In this document: positions 32,301 to 44,900 of the stretch, one piece after another
How the letters are laid out: every line of letters starts with the position of its first letter
Position numbering within the stretch: the first letter of the stretch is position 1
Assembly: GCF_002571385.2 (NCBI RefSeq)
Contig: NW_019217802.1
Location: forward strand, 939,769 to 996,610
Direction: 5' to 3'
Length of the DNA: 56,842 bases
Source: Stylophora pistillata
Taxonomy: Eukaryota
Translations under genes and position numbers: made by a program
Notes under the pieces: generated by a model
What the model was told of the DNA's origin: nothing
The model's database searches: none
What the model saw: the letters and a program-made list of their open reading frames with translations, nothing else

Positions 32301-35300
32301 ACTCCATAGAGAAGAGAGTGGACATTCACAATATCCTTTCCTCAAGGAGTGTTACATCAAGGGTTAATGTAAATGATAACTCACTTAAGTCTACACAAAA
32401 TATTCTTTATGGCCCTTTCTTAGTAAATTTCCTTCTCTTCTAGCACTTAAAAAAAAACAAGCTCCAGGATGATTCATCACAACTACTAAAAATGAATGCC
32501 TTTATCAAGGAAATAACATAATGTCTCCAATCCAAAATGGACAGATCTGTACAAAGGACAGTTGAAGTAGGCACCTGTCATTCAATTTGAACTCCAATCT
32601 GCCTCAATCATTTTTAATCAACTTATAACTCCCCTCAGACAGATGGGACCACTCCTTCATGTGTTCTCTACTTATCCTTGTGCACATCAATAAAAGTTTT
32701 CAAGTTTTCAACATACTTTGTTTTTCCTTGAGAAGTCCAGTTATCAGTCCCTTCGGTGGCTTCATAGATTCCAATCAGCTTTTGGAGCATTCTCTCCAAA
32801 CTTTCACTGGCACAGAAAAATAAAACGCATATTATCAAATTACTCATTCCAAAGAATCTATTATTTAGAGAATGAAAGAAAGAAAGAAAACTCATCGGAA
32901 AACTCATTACAAAACTCGCTTTCAACAAATCCAGATAACTAAAAGATATTTAATAAGTAATTCTGAGTCATTTGTGAAAATAGTGTGATTAAGATTTTCT
33001 GAGGTTTCAATCAAAACCATAACATTCATGGGAATGAAAGAGTATGACTTTGAGAGAAATTACATTTTGAACATAGTGGTGTTAAAGATCCATAGACAAA
33101 GTTCTGTGTATGAGACCATATTTACACATCTTTTTATGAGACCATATTTAAGTTCTTAGGAAGGGGGAGAATGCGTTGAGGTGGGGAGGGGAAACATTGA
33201 AAAAAAAATTTTGCAGGAGGGTTTCCAGGATATTTCCTAAGACTTACAATAGATTAAAGTGCACATGAATGAACATTTTCCTCTTTGACTCTCTTCATTG
33301 AGCTATCCTAACATCAATTTTGAGCTACCCTATCTATCAAGACTATAACTTAAATTAATCACTCTTCTGTTTTAATTATTTACACTCCCTAGAAAGTGAT
33401 GAAGGATTATCACCTGCTGAGAAATTCTGGAAGACGAGAATCACTCACAACAACACCCTTTCCCTGTTGATTATTTTAAAAAAGAAATAACATGATAATA
33501 AAGTTTTCCAAATTGAATAGAATTGAAAATACTATCAAGTTTCTCCAGTTTGTAATTTAAAAAATTCTATTACAGTGGTATGTTTAAATATGACTTACTT
33601 TCAATGATCAAATGCTGAAAGGAAAAGTTCTGTTCAAATGAAAGTGCATGTTCAGGGAAAACTTACATTTAGTTTCTTCACCCTGATGATTCCTTCATTT
33701 TGTATTGCATTTACAAATCTGTATTTTTTCTACCAATCTCAAGACAGACATTAGGCATGCCCCTGTCCCCTCAAGTCCACCAGTAGGCCAAAAATTAATG
33801 ATAACATGAAAGGTGATTGTTCTTTGGTTTCATGAATCTCACTTTGTAAGATTTCATGAGGAAATGACCAGACTACTGCACTGGTACTGAAAGCAGCTGT
33901 CAGTGGTTAACTTGCACTGATATACATGACAGGCTCAAGGGAGTAGCGGGGTTACATAATGATTGTATCTTGCATCATTGCAAAAGTTGCCAAAGCTGGT
34001 ATCATGTAAACATCCCAGACTGGCTGTGGTTTAGCCTCCTTTGCAGACATTCTTTGTGTGGCGAATTAAAAATTCTCTCATCGGGGGAAAATTTTTAATT
34101 CGACGCATAAAGAATGTCTGCAAAGGAGGCTAGCTGTGGTTTTGAAGGCAAAATTTGACATGTTACCTGGTACATACAGTCACATACCCTTTCTCTCATT
34201 TTGTTATCATCTGTCAGGTCTGTTGCTTCACCAAGTAAATCACTACTACCTGGCAGAAGAATCAATCAATCAATCAATCAAGACCTCAGTGGTGTCATCA
34301 ATTAATTAGCCATCTCATAATAGTCACTGGAATAAGTGGGTTAGAATGTCAAATATAAACAAAGCAAACCTCAGGGTACGCGTTTAGTCCCTAATTAGCA
34401 ACAGTGATACTAAGGGCATTCTCTACCCTGGCCAAATTTCCGTGTTCATTAAAAGTAAACTGCACAGTTTACTATACATCTGCATTGAAGCATGTTATAC
34501 AATGCACATGTCAATTAAGCATGCATCATACTTGTATGTATCCATAATTGAATTAAACCACTTGTGTTAAACAAGTTCAACCCTAAAATTGTATTAATTA
34601 TATTTTCATCACAATCAATTCAATGATAATTGTAAACACTACTGATCCACATGACTCACTTGATGGGTTAATAGATTCTAGGCGTGTCACATGATTGTCA
34701 CTCCCAGACAAGCTTGCGGAGCCAGCTTCTGATCCAACAGACTTAGTGGGAGACTGATCAGGTTTGTAGTGAGTGAAGAAATCCTGAAGTCCTGCCACCC
34801 GGGATACAGTCATTTGTGGTATTGACGCAAATCGTTCTGATACAGGGGCCACAATTAATGTGACCAGACTCTCACTTGGCTCATCATCTCCTGAAAACAA
34901 ATTGTTGACAGACTGAGAAGCAAATTATAACTTAAAGTCACAAAATATTTTGAATAAAATTTTCCCCTTCAGACTATGAATTTGTACACTTTTGTACACT
35001 CAATGAACTCAAAGTAAGGTGTCTTGCAGTTTGCTGTTACCCACTTATACTCGATTCTGGGTGGGCAGAAACATTAACAGTGAGAGTTAAGTGCCTGGCC
35101 CAAGAACATAACTCAATGATCCAGCCAGTGCTGGAACCAGGACTGTAACATAGTTCGAGATAAATACGTGAACTGGATAACACAGCTAGATAACACAATG
35201 ACTTAATCTGAGTGACTGTAAGTTGGCCATTGCAAAGAATGCAGAACAGAACACATGTGCATACATGTACATCTGAGAAATATCAGTTCTCATTGTAGTG

Positions 35301-38300
35301 CGCAAGCCTGTAGAGGCTATTAATAAGGGTGGCAGACCTCTCCACCCATATTGCTTATATATAAAAATGGCCATGACCCCCACAACATACAGATTAACTA
35401 TATATTAAGTAGAATGGTTAATTCTATTATTGACATCTTACCATTGTCCATAGATGACACTAAGAAGAAAGACAACAAAGACCCTTCTGCTGGAATGACT
35501 TGTTCAATGAATGAGCTCACAAACCATGCTTCAGACTTTGTTTTCAAGTCTGTATCCCAGTATCTAATGATGTTAGGTATTGAAAACAAATTAGAAAGAA
35601 CAGATGGAAAGATCATGAGATCAATTAACAACTTGAAAATATCAAACTGATTGTTGCAAGTCTAGAATCTTCTTCAGCCAAGGGCTACCCTCACCCGGAC
35701 ATAAAAGAACAATGAAAAATTTTCAGAATCTATTTACCTTGAATAAACTGCTCTTGTCTCTCCACCAAATATTTCCCTCAACTGAACCACAGCTCTTGCC
35801 ATAAAACTGTTGCAGTTAAAAGAAACTGACACAACATCCTGATTAGTTCCTATGGTAACTTTTGACACAGTCTTCACTGAAGGATCCCATTCCATCATAA
35901 GACATGGCTGTTTCAAGACATTCATCACCTCCTGTTGAGTAACATTCAAGAGAACCACATGAAGTCAGAGAAATTCTTTGAAAAAAATAACAAACTCAAG
36001 ACAATTAATGATTAAATATTTTATTTATCACCTACATGTAACTTTACATGTATTTACCTGTTATTTGGCTGATGTATTTATCATCAGCCAATAACACTAC
36101 GTGTACCTTGAGAAAATATTAGTATTTAATAATGGCTATTATTACACGACTCGGGCAGTCAGAGGGCCGATAACTAAAATCAACCAATCAAAATGCTCTA
36201 TTGCCGGTCAATATTCACTCAGTATTGGACCAGGCACTGTCCCGAATGGTCCCGAATGATACCGCACTTGTGTCCCTTTGAACTTCAGTCGTATAATAAA
36301 TCTCTTAATTAACCAAGCTTGCTCGGGACCGTACTGGAAGAATATCAGCCCTCGGTCTTTTTTGTACGGACCTCGCTGTCAAGACCTCAGGCTGATATTC
36401 TCCCAGTACGGCCCTCGTGCTTGGTTAATAAGATATATTTAATAATGCTAGTAATATATCAGTCTCAGTAGATAATAACGACTCATCTCCCAGGTATCCA
36501 AACTCTCCTGGTCTATCTGAGGTCTACCAGTCGTTCAGATTAAATGTTTAATTCTCCCTAAAGAGAGGGTAGCATTCACATAACAAATTGTAAAAGGGAA
36601 AATTTCAAATCTGACCTTACCTTGCCTTTCTGTAAAATTGATGTGTCATATATTAATTTTACGCTTATTCACGTGTCACTTGTAAACCTTTATCTACCCT
36701 CTCTAAAAAAATGTCACATTTCCCCACAGGGTTATAATTAAAAAGTGTTAATAGTAGTAGGACAACAATCTAAATTAACAAGTTAGGGTTATACTCTGCA
36801 TTTCTAAATATTAACAAAGAACTGCTTTGTAACTAAAGAATTCTCTGATTTCTGATTTGCACCAAACATCCAGTGCCCAGAAAAAGTAAAACTATGGATC
36901 AGTTTCTCAAAACAAACATGCAAAACAAACTTCATCTCTCTTCACCTTATCCTTATTAGCACTTTAAGTTACACCCCAGCATCTGCAGTATAATTCTTAA
37001 TTAATGATTTCATAATTACTGTGTAAAAATTAAAGTTTGATCACATGACTTGTGTGATATTACTTGGAAAGTGTGAGTTAAGTGTGACTGACTTTAAATC
37101 ACACTTTTTCACACTTAGAAAAAGTGTGTAGACTTTTAGACGTAATCACGCCTGGAAAGTGTGACTGAAGCATAATTCTTCAAATAACACTATCAACAAT
37201 TGTAAAAATTATCATACAGCCATATGTTCACCATATAAAAATTAATAAATTATTTAAAATATTTTTATTAGCTACCTGCTTGGATGCAGGAATGATTCCA
37301 GAACATGCATAAATTATTCTTGACAGCCAGGAAGGTGTACTTCCTCCCAAGTCCTTTTGCCAGATTCTCAAACCACTGTCAACAGACTTCAGCTGCCAGC
37401 CTTTTGAGGCTCTGGGAGGAACATGCTAGGAAAATAATAAAAAAAAGATCAACATCATTGAGAAATTAATGATGAACGATGACTTGTTAACAATTGCCAA
37501 TTTGTTATCAGAAAAATGTTATTTTAAAGTCATAAATTAATGACTGATGTTTCTCTGATGTTTCTCACAGTTTACTATACATCTGCATTGAAGCATGTTA
37601 TACAATGCACATGTCAATTAAGCATGCATCATACTTGTATGTATCCATAATTGAATTAAACCACTTGTGTTAAACAAGTTCAACCCTAAAATTGTATTAA
37701 TTATATTTTCATCACAATCAATTCAATGATAATTGTAAACACTACTGATCCACATGACTCACTTGATGGGTTAATAGATTCTAGGCGTGTCACATGATTG
37801 TCACTCCCAGACNNNNNNNNNNNNNNNNNNNNNNNNNNNNNNNNNNNNNNNNNNNNNNNNNNNNNNNNNNNNNNNNNNNNNNNNNNNNNNNNNNNNNNNN
37901 NNNNNNNNNNNNNNNNNNNNNNNNNNNNNNNNNNNNNNNNNNNNNNNNNNNNNNNNNNNNNNNNNNNNNNNNNNNNNNNNNNNNNNNNNNNNNNNNNNNN
38001 NNNNNNNNNNNNNNNNNNNNNNNNNNNNNNNNNNNNNNNNNNNNNNNNNNNNNNNNNNNNNNNNNNNNNNNNNNNNNNNNNNNNNNNNNNNNNNNNNNNN
38101 NNNNNNNNNNNNNNNNNNNNNNNNNNNNNNNNNNNNNNNNNNNNNNNNNNNNNNNNNNNNNNNNNNNNNNNNNNNNNNNNNNNNNNNNNNNNNNNNNNNN
38201 NNNNNNNNNNNNNNNNNNNNNNNNNNNNNNNNNNNNNNNNNNNNNNNNNNNNNNNNNNNNNNNNNNNNNNNNNNNNNNNNNNNNNNNNNNNNNNNNNNNN

Positions 38301-39987
38301 NNNNNNNNNNNNNNNNNNNNNNNNNNNNNNNNNNNNNNNNNNNNNNNNNNNNNNNNNNNNNNNNNNNNNNNNNNNNNNNNNNNNNNNNNGCAGGAATGAT
38401 TCCAGAACATGCATAAATTATTCTTGACAGCCAGGAAGGTGTACTTCCTCCCAAGTCCTTTTGCCAGATTCTCAAACCACTGTCAACAGACTTCAGCTGC
38501 CAGCCTTTTGAGGCTCTGGGAGGAACATGCTAGGAAAATAATAAAAAAAAGATCAACATCATTGAGAAATTAATGATGAACGATGACTTGTTAACCAATT
38601 TGTTATCAGAAAAATGTTATTTTAAAGTCATAAATTAATGACTGATGTTTCTCTGATGTTTCTCTGATGTTTCTCTTGAGTATGATCACATATTCTTCAA
38701 AATATACCACATGCTAAACCTTGCTGAGTCACTATATCCAAGTATTCCATACTTTAGTGTGGGAAAAAAATTGTCAATTTTTCTTAAAATGTGAGGCTTG
38801 TAAAACTGAAAGCAAAATCTAAGCTCTCCAATTGAAATATTATCTGAAAATAGTATCATCAACAAGAATTACAAATAACAATAGCCTCCAAAATATAGCT
38901 AAATAAATATAAATATATTAACATTGAGCAAAAATTTATGTTGTAAATCCATATTAAGAGTTTCCATGCCTCATTCTTAAAATGAAAAAAATCAGTGTAA
39001 ATAATTCAGAAAACAACAAAATTGACAGCTCCACTTAGTGATGCAAAAAAAGAAAAAACATTCCAAGCAGTAAAATATCATAGTTAAAACATAACTACTA
39101 ACACTAATACTACTGAAATTCTTAGTTTTTTAAGTTACATAACAATGAGTATTATGTCACCATTTCACACAAATGTTTTCCAATGCCATAAATATTATGA
39201 GTCACATTATGTAATCATTAATGAATTAATGTGACACAGTGACACAGCTGAAGTCTGTGCCATCACACTTCAGACATTTAGTATTCAATTGCTGAAATTT
39301 TACACCACTGTTCTTTGTTCCAGATGCTTGTTTTGTGAAACTTCGAATAATATACATTTTTTGATTGATCGATTGATGTAAATATTGTCCTTTTGAGTAG
39401 AAAACGAGGCTTAATAATTAATGACTGTAACTAATTTGCAACGTTAAGTACTGAATCATCGAGCTCACGCAGTGAATTTACATACTTTTGGATTCTGAAA
39501 TTTGTTGAGCATGAAATAAGCACCTGTGATTTGTATTTAAACATTTCTTTTAACCATTGAATAAAATCTGAGGGGTTTTACATGGCTGATCGACGAGTGA
39601 TCTGCGTACTATAAACTACAAACTGGCTAGCTAGTATGTGAGAACTGAGATCACAAAAAAATAGAACTGAAGCAGTAAACAAATCTCTCACCAAAAACAA
39701 ACAGTTACCTTTTTGATAAACTTTATTTTTTCCTGCGCGGACGTTTTATCATTGATGGTTCCCTGAAAAGTATACGAAAAAAGATCAGTTTAAGCAAACA
39801 CCACATGAACAAGTATTATTATCATATCATTATCAGCGCTCAGCTGATCTTCATCTTTGATGGTCTAAAAGTTTCTCTAAAAATCATTTCTAAACTTGCT
39901 TACCTTGCGAAAGAAGATAACATAAGTGATGAATGCAACAAACACACTAGTCAACGACAGGTACAGAAACCATAAAAACGAAAACAT
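20146..39987 (-). CDS. Membrane-anchored protein with three tandem START-like lipid-transfer domains (third STARD9-like), 25 coding exons, ~847 aa
   Basis: Phase-compatible GT-AG exons: 39987-39904, 39762-39709, 37425-37276, 35931-35738, 35563-35442, 34890-34660, 34249-34188, 33463-33414, 32806-32717, 32203-32049, 29714-29680, 29124-29014, 28347-28307, 28189-28095, 27663-27353, 26051-26000, 25501-25437, 24653-24571, 23461-23402, 23074-22978, 22557-22515, 22142-22063, 21349-21272, 20913-20836, 20268-20146 (2544 nt, open). START motifs: GWQL..MEWDPSV; RGEWDDMF, WPASGRDFCV, VDLKGNLPARLVN; SFLGKG, KQSRDSV, GWVIEPI, YLAQIDFGGPFP..RRQPLCIAYL. Confidence 0.85.
21007..21117. repeat. ~110 bp hairpin MITE-like palindrome in a START-gene intron
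   Basis: TACAATTCAAACTGACTAAAAT...TGTTACTCTGAG / CTCAGAGTAACA...ATTTTAGTCGGTTTGAATTGTA. Confidence 0.75.
23831..24371. mobile_element. Kolobok-like non-autonomous DNA transposon (TTAA TSD, long imperfect TIRs)
   Basis: TTAA|AGTGTCTATGCGGCCAACA ... TGTTGGCCGTATAGACACT|TTAA; arms ~150 bp; RR..YY termini with TTAA fit Kolobok. Confidence 0.75.
24840..25137 (-). mobile_element. tRNA-derived SINE
   Basis: Minus-strand head has A box TAGCTCAATTGG and B box GGTTCGAGCC, then a non-tRNA body and a short (TATG)n tail. Confidence 0.8.
25146..25308. repeat. Tandem duplication of an ~86 bp unit
   Basis: ATACAGTATTAAAACACTACAACCTTTTTCTTTCCCAATACTTTC...TAAAAACGC occurs twice. Confidence 0.85.
26309..26562. 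repeat. Palindromic interspersed repeat (Penelope-like end fragment, tentative)
   Basis: Inverted arms GTAATATCAACTAAGTTGAAA...CCTTCGTCA / TGACGAAGG...TTTCAACTTAGTTGATATTAC. The family assignment is from recall only. Confidence 0.55.
27044..27249. mobile_element. piggyBac-like MITE (TTAA TSD, CCCTT...AAGGG ends)
   Basis: TTAA|CCCTT...AAGGG|TTAA; homologues at 43148-43353 and degraded copies at ~20310-20450 and ~50705-50870. Confidence 0.8.
29881..30246. mobile_element. Non-autonomous element with AGGGACCTTAAGC terminal inverted repeats
   Basis: AGGGACCTTAAGCA...TGCTTAAGGTCCCT; same family as 8695-9060. Confidence 0.8.
30412..31125 (+). CDS. TPMT: Thiopurine S-methyltransferase-like SAM methyltransferase, single coding exon, nested antisense in intron 10 of the START gene
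   Basis: [40 protein letters not shown] and [10 protein letters not shown] are hallmark TPMT-family motifs; intact 237 aa ORF. Confidence 0.93.
   Translation: [237 protein letters not shown]
34032..34132. mobile_element. Hairpin MITE with TAG...CTA termini and 9 bp TSD (Academ-like)
   Basis: GCTGTGGTT|TAGCCTCCTTTGCAGACATTCTTT...AAAGAATGTCTGCAAAGGAGGCTA|GCTGTGGTT. Confidence 0.8.
37566..38664. repeat. Second, gap-containing copy of the segment 34463-37565 (START-gene exons 3-6)
   Basis: 37566-37812 matches 34463-34709; 38391-~38664 matches ~37287-37565; Ns at 37813-38390. Confidence 0.85.
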
Positions 39988-41915
39988 CGCATCAAAGAAA
40001 GAGAGATTCCTTATCAGCGAGCTCCCCAACAAACGATGAGACCGTCTGAGGTTCTGATCGATTCTAATGGCACTGTGAGACTGATCATGAGCCCACGAAC
40101 AATAGAATTCTTAGGTCAACTTCCGCTCCCTTCCGGTGGATCTGGTCTACAGCAATTCTTGCGTTCTAAATCATCAAACTCGTGATGGCCAAAGTGCGAA
40201 GTACGTTCATCATGAGATTTGAAGAAAGGGTCAAATAATGGACTGTTTGGGAGAATGAACTCGAGAAAATTATTATGAGCTCGAGAAAATTATCGAGTTT
40301 CAGAACGCCTGCGATTCTGGCGGGATGTTAATCGCGACTGGGCCGCGAATGACCTTACGCAGATGATCACAGAAGATGGAGATGGGGGTTAGAAGAAAGG
40401 ACGAGGGGAGGGGGAGAGAGAGAGAGTAGTAAACTGCCTGCTTACGAAGCATCTATTTAATTAATGGACCTATGGTTAAGTTGCTAATTGAAGCTTCCCT
40501 TTTCCTTTGGACGTGTAACTGAGGGAATTTCCAATGAAACCACAACAAAAGTACGAGTTAAAGTACCGGAAACCACGCGGACTAAATAAATCGTGAATCC
40601 TTACAAAACTTTTCTAAGGATTTATGAGGGACAACAGGAGGTATATACAGTGCGTGCGGTCTCCATCTTGTCATCATTGGTGACCTTGATTTTCTTTCCC
40701 TGGCCCCGGCCCCGCCCTCGACTTCTTATTTATCTTACGAGGAAATTACGGTTAGATATAGTAACAATCAGTGTATTTTAGATGAAAATAAAGAAAGAAT
40801 GTTTTCAAGACTTGCGAATAATTCTCATTTTGAATTAAGTACGCAATGTTGAGAAACATGCATATTCCGGTGAAATTTGGAAATCAAATGCCAGTATTGC
40901 TGGGCAAAATCCTAACACTTCACTAATATCAGACGTATACAGCTGAGAGGGAGGGAAACTGGAGATTTTCAATTCACATTTTCACATTTGAAACTTATTT
41001 CAATGGTCTGATAACTAGTATTAGTATAATTTCAGAGCTGAGCAAAGAGTTTCCAGCAATCTGATTGGTAGAGCGGTTCCTCATATGATGCTATATAAAC
41101 CACTCCACGCGGTTTATATAAAATGTTAAAATAAAATGTTAATAAATGTTACTAAAATGTTATGATTTCAGAAATTTCTCTGCCGTTCAGCTCGGAAATT
41201 ATACTAAAACAATTCGTCTCGGGGATTATTCGACCATATTCACCTGGCCTTCGGCGAATAATTGTTAAATATGAAGAATAGAAACATGTTAGGAAACAGT
41301 GCAGATCCAGCCGGTAATACCCCACAACTTAGCCTGTAAGCACCTCCTCATTATTAGCGATTCAGGACGTGCATTTCTCTGCCTACCAGACAATTTGATT
41401 TCGAATCAGGAAGAGGTTTGCTGGAGGTCTGGAACCAAAACCCCTTGCAAACCTCTTGCCAACTCACGTTGCTCAAAGCTTTATTTGTTCCCTTGGGGGA
41501 AAAAAAGGCACTTATACTGAGGGCCCGACCACACCCTACCATTGCCTGCGAGCTGGCAAATTATCTCTGAAAAGACTTTGAGTGTTAGGTTTCAAAAGTG
41601 CCTCCATGTTGATTCATTCTTCAATAAATCACACAAAGGAGTTTGCTCATTCATTTTCATTTATAATAATATAATTTTATTTAGTATCTCAATCAAAATA
41701 ATTTTTATAAACATTTCTAACATGCAATTTGAATTAAGTAGCAATTTGACAGAATTAACATTAAAGATGAAAAGTTCTTCAGGTATGTATAAGCCAACAT
41801 ACTGTATATATTATTATTTTTTGGAAGTTCACAACTTTGTAAATCAGCAAAAAAACCTACCTTAAGTTGAACCCAAAATGACTACCCAAGAAAGAAACCA
41901 GAATGTGAGAAGAAA

Positions 41916-44900
41916 TCACAAACTTTTTGTGTTTCTATATACAACAGACAAACATTTCTTGCCACACACTATTAAATGTTTCATTCTCTCCAGAGTCTCA
42001 GGTTTGAGACCTTTCTCAAAGTCTTGGAGTAAGTCATTCAATCTCTCTACAATGAATAGCAGTCTTTCAAATTCCAGCACTAATATCTTACGTGGAGAGT
42101 CTCTCGTGAAGCTTAACACCATCGCCAATCCTTCAAGGGCAAGAAGGGCCTGGAATTTAAAACCAAACACTTGTGGCAAATCTTGTGATGTATCACTCTC
42201 ACATAAATAGCTCACACGCCTTATTGTACAGCTAGGCCGAGGTCTGTGAGAGCCAAATCTATGTGAGCATGCGCCAAAAAACTGTTGGCCTTTTTCCAGG
42301 TTATCCAGTTTTTTGCTAGTTTGTTGCATCTGGTCTGGTGACCTGGCCAAGCGACACATCACGGCATGGTGTTCGTATGATCTCAAGTGTTTTGTATTCA
42401 CTGGTATCTCCACTTCACGCAGTGCCACGCCCTTCTCACAATCTTCACCATGGGAGGACCAGTCTTGCAGGCAATACCAACAGAATTCTTTATCACAGAG
42501 ACCACAGTGCATGTGATTACATCCAGGACCTTTCTGTATTGGGTAATTGCAAAATGGGCAGTTCTTAACTTCTACACTTGTAATTAGCCTCTCTTCTTGG
42601 TTGTTTTTAACCATCTTGGCATACCTTTCATGCCTCTTTCTGAACACCTGTGCCTCCTTGCAGGTAGCTGGCCAATGAGCATCCTCCTGGCACTTGAAAC
42701 ACCATGTGGTACCACAGACGCATGCCACTGGCATAGGCTGGACACTACCACCATCCTCAGTACCACAGACCCTGGAGTCCCTTAGTATTGTTGCCTTGAC
42801 AACCAACTTACACTGGTCTGTAGGACACCATTTCCACTCGGGGCTTATTTCCAGTAAGGTGTCCACCCTTTTTGCCATATGCCGTCCATACAGTGATGGT
42901 GTAAGAGACATTAAGGTGACATCATCAACTGTCGTGCTACACCCATGCCCTGGGCACCTCAGTTTTGCTTGGCCAAGATCAATCTGGGTCTTCAAGTGAG
43001 CCCTCCAGCAACTGTTACAGAATGTGTGCCCACAGGTGGTCAAAGTTGTGGTAGGGACATTATTATCTGAGGGAAAAAGAGGAAGAATATTCAGTCTTGT
43101 AATCATTTGTAACAATCACTCTACTTTTCAGTGCTTTAGTAACTTAACCCTTTCACTGCCAAGATCTGAATTGGAATTCTCCTTAGTGTGTCATACAATT
43201 CTTATAACTACATTAGTTTGAAGAATTAAGCATTGGATTAGCTACTGATCTGCTGGTTTATATTTTTCTTGATTCTCACTAATTGTCTGCCTGATATTGT
43301 ATTGATATTGTAAGGAGAAATTCTGTCTTGGTCACTCATAGGAGTCAAAAGGGTTAACTCTACATGTAGGAGCTTACTTATTATATTGCATTTCCATATT
43401 AGGCAAATAGTGCTGGTGCTAGGTTATTTCCAATATTCATAATTGAGTAAAATTGCAGCCCAGGCAATACTAATGAGTGTTTTGTGGATACTTTGACTTT
43501 ATCTGGTACTGGATCAACCTTTCAAGATTAATCAAAATCTTTGTGGATAGTCTTTAAAAAAATTTTTAATGTTTGAACTTAACTTGATAGATAATCACGC
43601 TGATTGGAAATGAATTTAAGAAAGAACTTTTTTCAGGAAGGATACATGTTTCTTATTCATTTGATGGAAAATGCACAAATGAAAAAACTATACTTAAGGT
43701 CTAAGAAAAATTTCTTTTCATTTGCCCTAAAAGAATTAAGACTGAAAGAATACCAAGCAGAAATTACAACTCTGACCTCGTTGCATTTCTCTAAATGCTC
43801 CATGGCTGAGCTTCACAAAACTAATAAATAAATCATTATTTCAGTTGTTATCAATAATTACTCTATGAGTTGCTTACCACTGCAGCTGATGAGTTCCATA
43901 AAACATATCCCGCACTCCATTTCAGTACTTAACACTGGTTTAGGGTTTTCTAGTTGGAATTCTTTTTTCTCAAAGGACATTCGTATCTCCTGACGTGCTT
44001 TCTGCAAAGTAAGAGCCTTCGACTTCCAACCAAGCAGATTTGCAAAGACATCAAAAGACAGTTTGGGTAGCCTGGGCTCTCCTGTGTCCACTTTATTGTT
44101 GATGTTTGAGCAGAAGCAGTTTCTAGCAGTGTACACAACATCCTCTAGAGTAAGGCCACAGACATCCTTTTTGATACTCATTGCCTTGATTTCAGAAATG
44201 AACTCTGTTAGCACTGATTCATGTACGCTTTCTTCACTGCAAATGACAGATGCAAACCAGTTTGGCAGCCTGTTACCATGCTGGAAAAGAACAAACACTT
44301 CTCCATTGATGTCCTGAGATGTTAGGGGTGTAACCTTGAGTGCAAATGTCCTTGGGACACTTTCTGCTTCAACATACTTTTCACCCCATATTTCCTCCAG
44401 AAGAACAGGATTAATTTCTTGTGGGAAAAGGAGAAGAGTGACATACTTATGGATGGCATCTGTTGCTGAAGGTAGTTGGTGTTGATTACCATCTCTGTTC
44501 GTAACTGAAGATGAATTGTTCAATTCTGAGGACAAGTTGGGATCAACTTGGGTGAATTGTCGAAAACGTTGTCGTCTTCCACCTCTCCCTCCTCTCCATC
44601 TGCCTCTTCCTCGCCCTCTGCCTCTCCCTCTTCCTCTGTGCATGCCACCTCTTACTGGTGCCTGCCAACCATCGTTCCAGCCCTGGTCATCCATGTCAGC
44701 ATCATGATCCCAGCCATCGCTATTATATCCCAAGTCATCCATATCAGCAACAGGAACCCTGTCATCAATATTAGCAACTGGATCCCTGTCATTCATATCA
44801 GCAACAGGACCCCACTCGTCAATACTGGCAATATGACCCCCATCATCCTCACCAGCAACAGGACCACTGTCATCTATAGGAGGATCTTGACCCCACTCAT

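Noticed and set aside
37701-38475. Six 200+ aa ORFs
   Set aside because: Artefacts of the N gap at 37813-38390.
41290-41560. GC-richer stretch with short ORFs
   Set aside because: No recognisable motifs or splice continuity; probably an old repeat fragment.
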